DNA of 56,756 bases, counting the filler, from Trypethelium eluteriae (lineage: Eukaryota): assembly GCA_051942245.1 (NCBI GenBank). It is 2 parts of 2 records of this genome, joined end to end, with 100 filler letters (N's around TTAATTAATTAA, not from the genome) between each part and the next. Parts side by side here need not be neighbours in the genome. Positions count along the whole stretch, not along the records: positions 1 to 28,358 come from JAVECL010000312.1; 1 more part is not named here. One strand, 5' to 3'. Position numbers and translations under genes: made by a program. Positions 12,189 to 24,864 of this stretch are shown piece after piece; position 1 is the stretch's first letter; each line of letters begins with the position of its first letter. Below the pieces are notes generated by a model. It was not told where the DNA came from. It was given only the letters and a program-made list of their open reading frames with translations, and did not search any database.

Positions 12189-12788
12189 TAGCTCCTCTTA
12201 CACTTGTTCTGTGACATGCATAGCGGCGGTGTTAGCTAGGAATGCTGCGATGGAGGCGCTCAGAATCTTTTTTAATTTCTGGCGCAAGCTACACAGCCAT
12301 CAAATTGTTTTCACATCTAGAGTACAAGCTATTTTGTCCGCAGCAGAGTCGCTCATGATAAAATAAATCGAACGCGCGTAAGGCTCGATGGTATTCCGTA
12401 ACTCCTCTACATTGCGGTCTCTTGAATCGGGCACACCTATGAAATGAACAGCCGATCTTGAATAGGTACCTGTGTGACCTGCCGAACAGAGGTAGATCTC
12501 GTACCGCGGTAGCTAACCGGATGCGTCGTCACTCGGTCCACCTCTAATATCCGTTCACCCTATCGTGCCTAAGGTATCTAGTGAGTCTTTAGGAAGGAGA
12601 TGACGGTGTGCCCCGCCTGGAATCTGTGACAAAAAGTGACATTTGCCCGAAGGCATGACTATGACGATGTGTAGGTAGTCAGTTACAAACAAATGCTAGA
12701 TATATATTCTCAAGTAATCATATTGTACTTTTGAGTAATTTTAGTCATCCTTTCCAATTTTCCCCTTTGTATACGGTGCGTTTTCATA

Positions 12789-14686
12789 ATGACTTCGGAA
12801 ATCAAGGACTGGAAAGCGGTTGCAAAGGAGAAGCGCGATGCCATAACTGCGTCAATTCCCAGTGAATGGCACATCTCGAATGTACCATCTGCTGCAGACC
12901 AGCGTGATGTGACTGGCAAATTCATTCAGCAATATTTGAATGAAAAGGAAGTTGAAATCACAGAGACGGATGCCGTGGGAATCGCTAAGAAGACCAAGAC
13001 TGGACAATGGAAGGCAGTCGATGTTACTAAAGCTTTTTGCCATCGCGCCGCTCTGGCACATCAACTGGTACTGTTACAATCAAAGAAAAAGAAAATCTTC
13101 GCTGTTTGCTCAGTCTTATAGGTATCCTGTCTGCACGAAACATTCTTCGATGCAGCCATAAAAGACGCCCAGATATTAGATGACTACTATGCCACACATA
13201 ACAGGCCAGTTGGGCCGCTGCATGGCATACCGATAAGCCTCAAGGACCAATTTCACGTGAAGGACGTGGAAACGACCATGGGATACGTAGGCTGGATAGG
13301 GACTTTTGAAGGAAAGAAGGGTACTAACAAGGAGAAAGTCTTTGAGAGCGAGATGGTTAGAGAGTTACGAAATCTTGGTGCGGTTCTCTATTGCAAGACA
13401 AGCGTGCCGCATACTCTGATGGCTGGTGAGACGGCCAACAACATCATTGGATATACATGGAATCCCAAGAACCGTAATCTAGCCTGCGGGGGCAGTTCCG
13501 GTGGTGAAGGTGCTCTGATCGGTCTTCGGGGGTCTCCTCTGGGATTTGGCACAGATATCGGAGGTTCGATACGCATTCCCGCCGCTTTCAATGGCCTCTT
13601 TGGGCTGAGACCCTCTTCCGGCAGATTGCCATATGAAGGAATGGCCAATTCGATGGATGGGCAGAACTCGGTACTTTCCGTTGTCGGTCCTTTGGGAACT
13701 TCTATTGGCGGGCTACGTCTGGCAACAAAAGCTCTGCTCAGTCAGCAGCCCTGGCTCCACGATCCCCTTGTCCATGAAATTCCTTGGAGAGACGATCAAG
13801 AAAAGGAAATAATCGATCTTGTGGGGTCAATGGGACACGGGCATAAGCTTACCTTTGGTGTGCTCAAACATGACGGCACCGTAACGCCTCATCCTCCCGT
13901 ACGCAGAGCCATGGATATCGTTGCAAAAACGATGGAAAGGCTCGGTCATGAGGTAGATAGCAGCCCGAAGAGAATGGATGAATGAGTCTGACAATATGTG
14001 CAGGTCATCGAATGGCAGCATCCCGTACCTTCAGAAAGGTTCACTAAAGTTATTGTCGGTATAACAACTTTCCTTTCTGCTGTTCGTGCTGACCTTTTCC
14101 AGGGGAAAATATGGACCTTCGACGGCGGCCATGACGTTGCGAACGCATTCAGCTTGTCTGGAGAGCAGGTCGCGGAGGCGATAGTGGTGAATACTTCGCC
14201 TACTGAGCAAGCCAATGCTTCCGAAATTGCGGCCACAAACGTAGTCAAAAGAGATTTACAGAAGGAGTATCTGGAACGATGGAACAGTACGAAAGAACTC
14301 ACCAGCACTGGCAGACCAATTGACGCCATCCTTTCGCCTGCGGCACCATTTGCTGCCGCGCGACCAAGCTTGTACACTTACTTGGGATACAGCGTATGGG
14401 TTAATTTTTTTGACTACACTTCCGTTGTCGTGCCGGTCACGAACGTAGACAAATCTGTGGATCAGGCTATCGAGGGATACCAGCCCCTCAACGATATTGA
14501 TAAGAAGACCTATGAATGCTGTACGTATCGAGGCCTGGGAGTTGATGTCGAGACTAACTTCTTGTAGACAATGCTGAACTTTACGATGGAGCTCCTGTTT
14601 CGATCCAGGTTGTAGGGCGGCGGCTACAAGAGGAAAAGATGCTGGCGTTAGCCGAGTACATCTCAAATGAAATCCACAAGAACTGA
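12789..14686 (+). CDS. Amidase-signature family enzyme (acetamidase/general amidase); introns 13068-13121, 13953-14003, 14055-14102, 14521-14567
   Basis: LHGIPISLKD, GGSSGGEGAL and GTDIGGSIRIPA (Ser-cisSer-Lys triad); C-terminal GAPVSIQVVGRRLQEEK. Four GT-AG introns keep the frame. Confidence 0.92.
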
Positions 14687-15079
14687 TTTAGTGTCGCGCT
14701 TAGATCATGTATATAGTGATAATGGATAAGTGATCTTTTCACGTCAATGTAGAATGCGCATCACAGTGGTGTGAAGAGGTACTCCGTACTTGTGGATAGG
14801 ACAGCTCATTAGGGCCGGTGAAGTTGTCCGTGCGCTACTGTATGCACAGTTCAGGGACGGACGGCGAAGCGGGAGAGCTCTCAACTCCCATACCTCGTCC
14901 CTGCTCCTTTGCCATTTCTCTTCTTCGTTCTGTCCTTCATTGGGTTGGCACGCCCGGAGTATTGATCGAACAGGTTTCCATTCGTTTGTATCTCTGCATG
15001 TCGTCCGCTCTCTGCTCCGATTCTCCGCCACGCGCATCAGATCGTCTTTCAAGTCACGATCCCCCGAAATAACTCAACT

Positions 15080-16977
15080 ATGGCGGCCCCCTCTGCAGAT
15101 ACTCCTGGCTCAAATACGGAGTCAAACACTCCCAAAGTCTCTGCTCCCAAAGATAAGGCGTGTCCCTACTGTGGTATCCATTTCACCTCGTCTTCGCTGG
15201 GCCGACATCTAGATTTGTACATCAAGGAAAAGAATCCAAAACCACCTGATGGAGTCCACAATGTCGAGGAGATCCGCAAACTTCGAGGCGGTATCACACG
15301 AAGACAGGCACGAGGATCAACTGCGAGAAGAGAAGGCTCGACACCCGGATCTGCTGCCAGGATGCCCCTCTACGATTATACTTCACAAATGTCTGCTTAC
15401 GATGCGTCAATGCACACGCCGGAGGGCAGAGGTCCTATCAAAATCAATGAGGCAAGCTGGCAAGTGACAGGCGTCATCAATGGATTGCCTAGCAGAGGAA
15501 GCGTCGCTTCTCCGGGATTGGCACGAGAGGCTTCGATGGGGAGGCATCAACAGCTCAAGGCAGATTACGAGCAACGGCAAAGATCAATAGAGGAAAAAGA
15601 ACAGGCTAGGGCAGCTGAACTGGCATTGCAGGAAGTGCTTAGCAGCATCAAAGCTGCCACAAGGTAAAAAATTGCGTTCGCTCAACTGTGCATATGACTG
15701 ACCTAATATTGCTCCGAAGTGTGAGGCCAGAGACGAAACCATTGTTTGACTTCAATCCATATTCGATGAGCTTCCCAGCATTATGCTTACGAATCCTTCC
15801 CGCGCCTCCGACTCTCTTCTCTGCCACCCCCTTTGCGCATACCGGGTCATGGACAGTGCATCCGCCCGGTCAAGAGCAATTCGACTCACTCATCCAGGCT
15901 ATCCATGATAACATTCGACAAAAGCGAGGCCCACCCTCCGTACTACCCAACGAGTGCAACCTCCAACAAATCCTCGACACCGACCCAGAAGCCCGCAAGA
16001 CGCTCGAGCACGTCCGCAACGCCTACAACCACTGGAAATCCCTCTCCCAACACCAACACTCGGAAGCCTGGTCCCTCGAGACCCTCCGCGCCTACTCCCG
16101 CATCCGCGACACCGCCACCGAGACCGCCGCCGCCCTCGACGACGCCCGCGTCGAAATCGAGCACCTCCGCGCCGAAAACGACAAGCTCAGCCGGTGCCAG
16201 CAGCCGCGCGAATTCACGCTACACCCACCGACACTACTCCCGCTCCCCGCCGACACCGCACACGCCCTCTTCTCCTCCTCCGCGAACCCTTCCCGCGCCA
16301 CCCGCGACAGCGCCGCCGCGCTCTGGGACTACGACCGCCTGATGGAGAAGTGGCGGCGCATCGTGCGGGAGAGCCGGCGCGGGCTGGAGGCGCAGCGCGC
16401 GCTGGCGGACTCGCCGACTCTGCAGCAGCAGCTTCAGCAGCCGTCGACGCCGTTTGGGGCGTCGCAGCCACAGCCGCAGCCGCAGACGCCGGGGTCGCAG
16501 CAGGGACAGCCGCACGCGCAGCCGCACGGCATGCTCTCGGGCCAAGGACAGGCGCAGGCGCAGGGGTTGTCGTATCTGCGGCCGTCGGTGCATGCGCATC
16601 CGAATGGGACGGGGGCGAATGGGACGAGTCATGCGAGTACGCCGAATGCGCTGGCGACGTCGCCGCGGACGACGCTGCTGGATGGGTCGGTGGATGAGGC
16701 GGGGCAGGGCGACACGTCGATGGTGGATGGGGTGGATGAAGAGGAGGATCGCGACGCGGATGGTGAGGTGGATGTTGATATCGAGGAAGCTCAGCATGGA
16801 CGGAATGGGCTGGATAATGGACGGCAGCAGCAGCAGCAGCATTCGGGCCTCGTCCCGCCCGAGAGTGGAGACGGAGTGATTGATAGGAGATTTTTGGATC
16901 CGAAATTGGAGCGGGCAAGCGAGGCGGGGGCGCAAGGGATGGAAGGGATGGACGGGGCGGGCTTCATGGACGAGTGA
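15080..16977 (+). CDS. Conserved fungal hypothetical protein with an N-terminal CxxC-H zinc-finger-like motif and a Q-rich tail; intron 15664-15719
   Basis: CPYCGIHFTSSSLGRHLDLYIKEKNPKPPDGVH, coiled-coil segments and LSRCQQPREF. The intron (AAG acceptor) joins the 195-aa and 429-aa ORFs in frame. Confidence 0.8.
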
Positions 16978-17073
16978 ATGCTTGCAAGTTGAATACTCGA
17001 ACATCAATTGGGAAGAGTAAGAGAGCGAAAACTTCTCGTCACTATGTCTCTGGGCGCAGTGAAAAGTATAGCA

Positions 17074-18138
17074 TTAGGTGGGGAACCTCTGGATTAAGAC
17101 AGGTCCTATGATGGAAGAAGCCATCTGGATGTGAATGACTGCATGTTCAAATGTTAATGGGAGGCGTTCTGTGGGAAAAAGCAGGCAATCTAATTGACTT
17201 TCTACAAAAGAAAGGTAACGAATTTCAAGGGCACCAGGGTTTGTTCGATACCAATTTGTTTTATATTGATCAACTATTTGATCCACCTTTCTCCACAGGA
17301 GATTCGCATCTGCGGCTTCGTCGTTGTCTAACTTCCTTGGACATACAAGTCTCGCCTTCAATTTCGGGTCTAGACATCTCTCTTTCAGTCGGTCAGGAAG
17401 GCAAGAACTCTATCTCCGTTCCAATTCTAGTCTTACTTTAGCAAGAAAAATGAGCAGCTTATTCTATTTTCATGCCCTCTTCATGGTCTCTTGGACTCCA
17501 GCCTCAATCTTCTGGGTCAATTCGATTCTTGCAAGACGATGCAAGAGGATTACGGAGCTGCAATTAATCTTGGACTCGATCAAGTATGGTCTGCAGGCAC
17601 AAGGCGAGTAAATCACAGGAGTCCTCTGTTGTCCTTCTAACATACGCAACGTTCAAATATTGACAGCATAAAACCTGGGTGATAGATCCTGATGAAATTA
17701 CGTATTGGACTGAGAGCGGACCTGTCGGTGATCGACTTCGATAGCACGAGCAATTTAGCTTCTGGACAATGGTCACGGAGCGAAGGCGGATGAACACTAA
17801 AACCCCAGTGAGCGAGATGCAGGACAGGATGCAGGGAAATACTAGGAGGTGCAAGAGAAAAGGTCCGGTAATACAAGACTCAAGGTAAGCCAGCTCTTCT
17901 ATTGAAATTCCTTTTCGATACTTTTTTGATCTTTCGTTTGTCCTTGTTAAACTATTACTGATGAGTATCCTGAGTTTACTGAGACCCAAAATTGGTTCTC
18001 TCCAGTCTCAGTAAGCCTTGGTTGTAACAACAATTTTCTCGCGCCTTCTCTGCGAGAGTATAAAACTGGGAGGGTGGGCTCAAAGGATGAACGAACGGGT
18101 GAGTGAACGGCCTGGATAACTAGTGGCACGGACGGCAT
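17074..18138 (-). pseudogene. Possible decayed gene
   Basis: A protein-like frame (YLIESKINC..IEAGVQETMKRA*K*NKLL..LERR*SSCLPDRLK..LLWRKVDQIV) is broken by single TGA/TAG stops, with further protein-like fragments upstream in other frames. Confidence 0.3.
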
Positions 18139-19110
18139 TTAGAATGCTGATCGAAAAGGAGCTATGATATCTAACACTGCTTCGCTTCCGAGTCATGTAG
18201 CTACCTTCGACAAGTCAGCATAGCCTCTATTTTCTCCTCGGCTCCAAGTTGATCGTTATACATGATGTCGGGCTTATTCGGGTCTTCCGAACTCTCAGAG
18301 AACCAGTGCCACTATCTGATCACAATCAGACTAGACTCTTGGAGCCATTCGGAGGCTGTGGGCACTGTAATCTGATGTTCGGAACCAGCGATGTCGCCAC
18401 ACCGTGAATAAACTCAGCCGACTTGCAGCCGCCACCACTTGCTTTCGAATCCAGCCCCGGATCTTGTCAGGACGAGGTAGAGCCAGAAATTATAAGCAAA
18501 AAGCACATGAAAAGCCTTGAAGGGGGATGCCTTCCGAAATTTCTGCAATCTTATCAGCAAGTAATACACGACGCCCAACTTTGGCAATGGACTGTCCTTC
18601 GTTATATCCATAGGTTATTGCCCGCTAAGTTGCCTCATCGAAATTGTCAAAGCAAGCTCCGGATGAGCGAACCAATCAGCCACGCTACACAAGGATGTGC
18701 AGCGCCACTACACTTGGTCCGATGGTTGAACAGCGTGCCATGTATATTAAGGTATGCTACAGAGCCGGCAATTTCAAGTCCATCTCCGTAGATTACCACT
18801 AATCCTGACCATCGAAACAGTGCTTCTTATAGCAAGACGAACATACGGGATATCAACTTCCATACAAAGCTAAGCAATTGGCGAAAATGGGACTGAAAGT
18901 TCTCGGTCCCTGATTTTAGCTATTTGCGAGTATCCTACGGACCTTTGGTTTTTCTCGAAAAGAATTTCAGTCCCTTATCGTGTCCTTGGGCGCTTTTTTG
19001 AGCTCCTTCACACCGTCTTTCATAGACTCCAAGATACCAAATTGACCGTCTTGTATCAGCTGGGTTCCGATTTTTCGACGGGCTGTAATGTTCGTCATTA
19101 CCTTGCTCGA

Positions 19111-20333
19111 ATGACTCCCTGGAGTGATCCCCTTTCAACGGAATTTCTTCCCCCGCCGACTCGTGCTATCCTCGGTCCTTTGACGACCACTTTCTCCCAC
19201 CCTTCTAGTTGCACCTCTCTTTTTCAGCCTCTGTTTGGGCAGTTCCCCGTTGTTGAAGACGAATCGGATGATCAACATGGTACTATGGCTCTGCAAGGCG
19301 TAAAATGCAGCACTTCTGTGTTACCTCCCTACTTGGGCGAGAGTGGCTACACCACGGCTTTCTTGAAGAACGACATCAATTGCTGGCCCTCCGTGACACT
19401 TAGCGTCTTTACAGACGAGGACGCCCTTGATCTGCAAGGCAAAGGTCTTTATTCTCCAGGACTATGGTGCCCTAGCGGATACAGTATGGCTTGCTCAACA
19501 CTCGGAGGCAATGCTACGCCAACAACAATTGAAGGAGCCAGAAACTTCACTTTCTTGTATTCTTTGCTACCAGAAGAGACTGCTGCGGGTTGCTGTCCAA
19601 GGTATGTAAACGCTTTTGACACTATATCCTTGGCGCATACTGAAAGCATTGGATTATCTGTAGTGGCTTTGACTGTTCCATGACGAATTCTTCGAGCACG
19701 CCTTATCAATACTGCCTCTCGATGGCTTTTGAAGGAGCGATGACGACGAATCAATGCCTTGACCTGGCTGGGAATCCATCCATCTCCACAACCACATTCG
19801 ATGTCCCGCTGAGCTGGACCGCCACAGAAACATGGTCTGAAACAGTGTCCGACACGACCATTGGATCGTTGGACGGATGGGGCGCAACCTTGAATTCGAC
19901 ATTGATGGACCTTACTCCTACTCAGGTGCCATATGTTTCCGTTCTTGCACCATTGCTACAACTGAATTGGAGAGCTTCAGACTTGCCCCCCTTGACCGTC
20001 CCGCGGACCAGCTCGCTCTCAGCGAGCAAAACAGCGAGCAAAACAACGAGCGTCGGAATAGTTATTGGGGTCACTATTCCCACAATACTGCTTCTATCAG
20101 TGGGCTTTATCATCTTCGCGCTTCGCCGCCGAAAACAGCTAAGATCACGTAACCTCAGCGCTGGTCAGGACCACCACAAGCCTGAGCTGGATGCTCGCGA
20201 CAATACTATCACGATCTCGAAGAACCGACTGGTGGAAATGTGCGCGTGGGAAGCACCTCGGGAGCTCGGGCCAGCAAATTCACATGAGCTGGCAGCACCG
20301 CATGTTATACATGAACTAGCAACCTCTCACTGA
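19111..20333 (+). CDS. Cys/Ser/Thr-rich single-pass membrane protein (Mid2-like sensor architecture); intron 19602-19663
   Basis: GPLTTTF..C, CWP, YSPGLWCPSGY..C and CCP motifs; TM segment VGIVIGVTIPTILLLSVGFIIFAL followed by RRRK; cytosolic (P/H)EL repeats. Intron GTATGT..TGTAG is in frame. Confidence 0.8.
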
Positions 20334-21442
20334 GGCTCCCCTTGAACAACGGTGATGGAGCAGGGTCCCGCTGACAGCGATCTTCAAAGAGCCGGGATAT
20401 AAAATAATTTCGGCCGGCCTTTTGGCTGTCTGAAATATTCTTGAGGCGTTTGACCTTCAACCAAGTGAATGTTGCAGGCTCGACGTGAACGAGAATGATG
20501 TGGCTGTAACTCGACTAATGATTGGGGATGTAGGACCGGATTTGATCGGGTCTATGGGAGAGGGTGAAATCAGGTCGAAGACGCAAACATACTGAGCCTG
20601 GGGCATATATGAGCAGGCAGGATACTGCTCTTTCATCTTCTGTCAGTGTGGCATGTGGAGTACGGCAATGGCAGAGTTTGACTACGAGAAGCATGTTCAC
20701 TATGTATGTACAAAATTTTGCCAGTGGTACCAAGGTTACCGGTACGAGGCCTGGAAGTGCTCGTCTTACGATTTCTAACAACGTGAACTCGCCTATAGGC
20801 GGCATTCCCTCGGAAATGTTCTTCCTACGTGCGACTTTCTACCTCTTGTACTGTGGTAGAAGCCTAAAATTATATTGGTCTCACCCTCTTGAACATTTGG
20901 TCGTTGCGCACGGAGGTGAATACCATGCTTTTTACACTTCAAGGGCGGATGACGTCTATCATTAGGCTAAGCAGAAGCTTTGCAAGAGATTCGTAGTCAA
21001 GTGTCTTTGCGAAGAATTCGGTCTAATTATATACACTGGTCTTCAAGTTCATTGGGTCATTTTGACCATCTAAAAAGGGGTATTAAGCACTGTGGCCATA
21101 TCATCGATCAATTCATGCCCATTCCTCTCTTGGTGAACTCCTGTTGCAAATGCCATGGATTTGCAGCATCCATAAATATTCTTTACTCCACGATGTCCCC
21201 AAACGCCCATCAACAATGCATTCATAAGCAAAAGACTTGTTTTCCTCTCATTCATGCCTCAAAGGCCTTGGAGATCGATCGCCACCTCTCGCAGCTCGCA
21301 TGGATTCTTCCGTGGGTTCCTCGCTGCAGGGTCCGAAGGAGTTATTAGCCAACGGCTACCCCCATAGATAGTCTATAATGGCTCTTTCAAACATAGTTGT
21401 ACAATAGAGATGTTGTCAAATCGTGACTGGCGGTTCATGGGC

Positions 21443-21583
21443 TCACCCCTCTTCCTCGTCGCTCACACTAGAGGGACGACCGAAGGAGTACCCGTTTTGG
21501 ACGTAGTAGATGAGGAAGCCGACGAGGGTGAGTACGATGAACAGGATGATAATGATGAGGAAGACGACGATGTTGCGCTTCAT
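21443..21583 (-). CDS. 46-aa single-TM microprotein MKRNIVVFLIIIILFIVLTLVGFLIYYVQNGYSFGRPSSVSDEEEG
   Basis: Below the ORF-track cutoff. ATCATG start context, strongly C-ending codons (ATC/GTC/CTC/TTC), ~22-aa hydrophobic helix, CT-rich leader. Confidence 0.75.
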   Translation of the reverse strand: MKRNIVVFLIIIILFIVLTLVGFLIYYVQNGYSFGRPSSVSDEEEG

Positions 21584-22635
21584 GATGAGAGTGGAGTGGA
21601 GGAGACGATATCTCGGTAGGGTGAGAGGGATCGGCTGATAGTTGGCAAGAAGCGCGAGAACGGAGGCTGATAGTTGTAGGAGCTGATGTTCAAAGACAGC
21701 ACTTGTCGAAGAGGCGCAGAGAACAGTTACTGGAGTACGGAGTAGACTGTACTTGTATTGTGGTACGTGGACGTCTTAGGGAGGTCGCTTGTGTGTTTTG
21801 ATTGCTTTCTTGTGCAAATGTTCAATCGCGGTCGCAGATTAATTCAAGAGCAGCGGATGATTTCAGACTCGAGCTTAAGCAGGTCAGTGTTTTGAATGGT
21901 GCTTGGGATTCTGCAAGTTCTAGTGGCTTCTCAAGATATTTTATTGAGGTGCTACCGCGGGGTTGGGCGGTCTGCCACTTGGTGATGCTGAGGAGGCTGG
22001 GCGCGAGGCTGGGTGGGCGAACCTGCCACAGAAACCTGCCACATCTTGAGCTTTGACATGGGAGATGTCATTTTGCTAGATATTTCCTCTCGGAAAGGGT
22101 TCGGCTTCTTTTTAATGGTCTCTCACCTATACTAAGTTCTCAGAGACGGTGCGATCGATGTTGTTTACATGCCCGACTGAGAGACATAAATAGTGGATGT
22201 GTAGGGATTGGTTAGCGGCGGGCCGACGCGAGATCGGCAAAAGCTTGGCCTTCGCATTGTCCGTGCGCCCGGTGCGCCTTTTCTCGTCCGCTTTGCCCTC
22301 TCCAGCATCATCGAAAGCAAAGTCATGACCAAACCATTCCGTGCTACAACTGCTGATGCAGTCGAATTTCGAATGCAGCTGTCCTCATGACTGTTAAGTT
22401 TTGACCCAAGACCTCTCATCCTAACTAAAATCAGCAGTGGTGTCTTTTTTTCTTCTAGCATCAACCCTCTTCAGTTGAAGATCTTGACATGGAAACCAGT
22501 ATTTATCCGTTAGGTGATTCCATACTACAACATATAGTCTAACTTGTCTTACTTTTCATTCACAATACAAACATCTGCCTACGCTCAATGCGCCCCACCA
22601 TCTCCAACTCTCCCTTCCCCTCCTCTTCTCCCACA

Positions 22636-23314
22636 TCAAACCTTCGCCTCCGGCTCCTTTTCATCAAACTTCATGCTCACGCTATTCACGCAATGCCGCT
22701 CATCCGTCGGTGTCGGATACCCCTCCCCCTTAAACACATGTCCGAGATGGCCCCCACAGTTACTGCACACGATCTCCGTCCTCGCCATGCCAAATGTCCG
22801 GTCCGTGTGCCGCGTCACCGCGCCTGGGAGCGCATCAAAGAAGGCGGGCCATCCACAGCCAGACTTGAACTTATGGTTGGCGCGGTAGAGGGGTGCGCTG
22901 CAGGCGGCGCAGGTGTAGACACCGGAGCTGGGCATGTGCTTGTCATACTCGCCGGTGAAGGGGGCTTCGGTGCCCTTTTCGCGGATGACTCGGAATTGTT
23001 CTGAGTGCGGCGATTAGTCTTGTCGTCATATTTTCGACGGGGAGAAGGGGGGAGAAGGGATGTGATGGGGTATGATAGATACCTGGGCTAAGCACGGCTT
23101 GCCACTCTGACGAGGACTTTTGAACTGGATAAGACATATTGCGGGAGGATGATGTGCTGAATAGAGAGCCTAGGAATGGGATCGTAGGCATAGACTTGAG
23201 CGTGGTTACGCGGGTGAATGGATTGATGCCCTGGATGCGGGGAGCTGTTCTAGTGGTGACGTTGGAGAAAGTGTAAAGCGTACGGAGAATGACTGGGAAG
23301 GAGGGAAAGCGCAT
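22636..23314 (-). CDS. MXR2: Peptide methionine-R-sulfoxide reductase MsrB; intron 23082-23001
   Basis: EQFRVIREKGTEAPF, CAAC, GCGWPAF, RTEIVCSNCGGHLGHVF and RHCVNS motifs; intron GTATCT..CTAAT..CAG. Confidence 0.95.
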
Positions 23315-23774
23315 CAGGGTTGACAGGTATGATTGATATACTCGGATTAGAAGAGGAGTTGGAAAGTTTCTCAAATAACACTGCAGTTAATGCCTCAGTG
23401 ATGATGGGATTTGTCAATGGCGTCATGCAAGCTCCTCGGTGAGCGTCATCCCTGCGCCCGAGCCAGGAGAAGCTAGACCCATGTCCAAAAATTTCCAATA
23501 CCTGAACAACTGACAACACTCACGGTTCTTAACTGGAATTCCGCCGCACTAACAATGATCATTCCATTCAAAATCGCGTAGAAGAGAGCAGACTACCAAC
23601 AAAATCCTACAGTCTGACGCCGGCAATGTGTTGAGCTCAGCCATGGCTATAGGAGTGCTCCAATGCTTGAAGGAAATACTTGCAGACCCATCCAAAATCT
23701 CTGATCTTCATATTGACCCTTCATCAACTCATAACGGGGTCTCATTATCAGTCATCCGCGTCTAGGATCTCCTT

Positions 23775-24864
23775 CTATTTCGTGATGAAGCCGAGCCAGT
23801 CGGCAACGATGAGCGTTACCATGCTGGCAGCATCGTTAGCATTCATACTGGATGTGTAGGTAGGCTTTCGTTGATACTTACGCGTGTGGCGCAATCCGAA
23901 CATAGTATGTTCCAAAGCCGCGATAGAATCTCAGCAGTCCCTCCTCCCTTGCAACTTTTCCAAAGCAGTCCATCATACCTTTGTACGGCAGCTTCCCATC
24001 TGGACCCTTCTGTTGCCGTTGCAGCCGTGTCTTTACAAAATCGAAGGGCAACGAGAAAAAGCTTGCAAAGAAACCAGCGATAGCGCTCGCCGTCAGCGTC
24101 TGTGTTCGAGGTCCCAGACTCGTCTCCTTGAGTTGATTCTTGGCCTCGCTGAAAAATGCCAATTGACCGAAATTCAGTGCCATGGCACGTACAACCGTGG
24201 GATAGCAGCCGACCCACAACGCCGTAGGACCTTCATTCCTACTGATCCGAACCAAGGCATCGACAACAGACTTATAGTTCGCCCGCTTCTCCTTCGGCTT
24301 CAGGCCATCACTCTGCATACGAATAAGCGCCAAATCCGCCGGATTGCCCACCATGGCCGCCAGCCCGCCCGCCGTGAGGCCCGCTCCCGCCCTCTCCTTA
24401 AACCCGACCTTGCTCCCACTGGCGGCATACGACTTCTGCATCGAGCCCATGAACGTGTCGAAGAAGCCCAGCCTCGCCGTCGTATACACCGCCTGCCGCA
24501 GCAACCCCGCCGACAACCCCGTGTACAAGTCCCTCACCTTCCCAGACGCCACCACCTCGCGCGCCACTGAGAACGGCGTCGGCTTCGGCCCTGTCCGCGC
24601 TCCTTCCCCTGCCAGCTGCAGCCGCACTTTGATCATGTCGACTGGCTGGATCACCGTCGTTGCGGTCATCCCTGCGAGCCCGCCGTTGATGAAGGGCAGT
24701 GCGGCGCGCATTGCGGGCGTGTGCAGCAGGTCCCGCGTCGCTTTTTCGGGGTTCTCGGCTGCGGCTTTCATGGCGGCGGGGGCGTCCTCGAGGGTCTGCT
24801 TGGCGGATTTCAGGGCGGCGTCAGATTTCCGCTTCGCGGCTTCGAGAGCAGATTGGCCGGACAT
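23775..24864 (-). CDS. Mitochondrial 2-oxoglutarate/malate (dicarboxylate) carrier, SLC25A11-like; intron 23881-23824
   Basis: Three carrier signatures (PVDMIKVRLQ, PADLALIRMQ, PFDFVKTRLQ) plus RQAVYTTARLG and YVRIAPHA; last exon MVTLIVADWLGFITK*. Confidence 0.92.

Noticed and set aside
15833..17007. Many long overlapping ORFs in alternative frames
   Set aside because: By-product of very high GC3 and skew; the products are low-complexity R/P/A sequences.
20515..21348. Short ORFs on both strands
   Set aside because: Could not be joined into a credible gene.
21410..21619. 69-aa acidic + strand ORF
   Set aside because: Antisense shadow of the hydrophobic microprotein's ATC/GTC/CTC codons.
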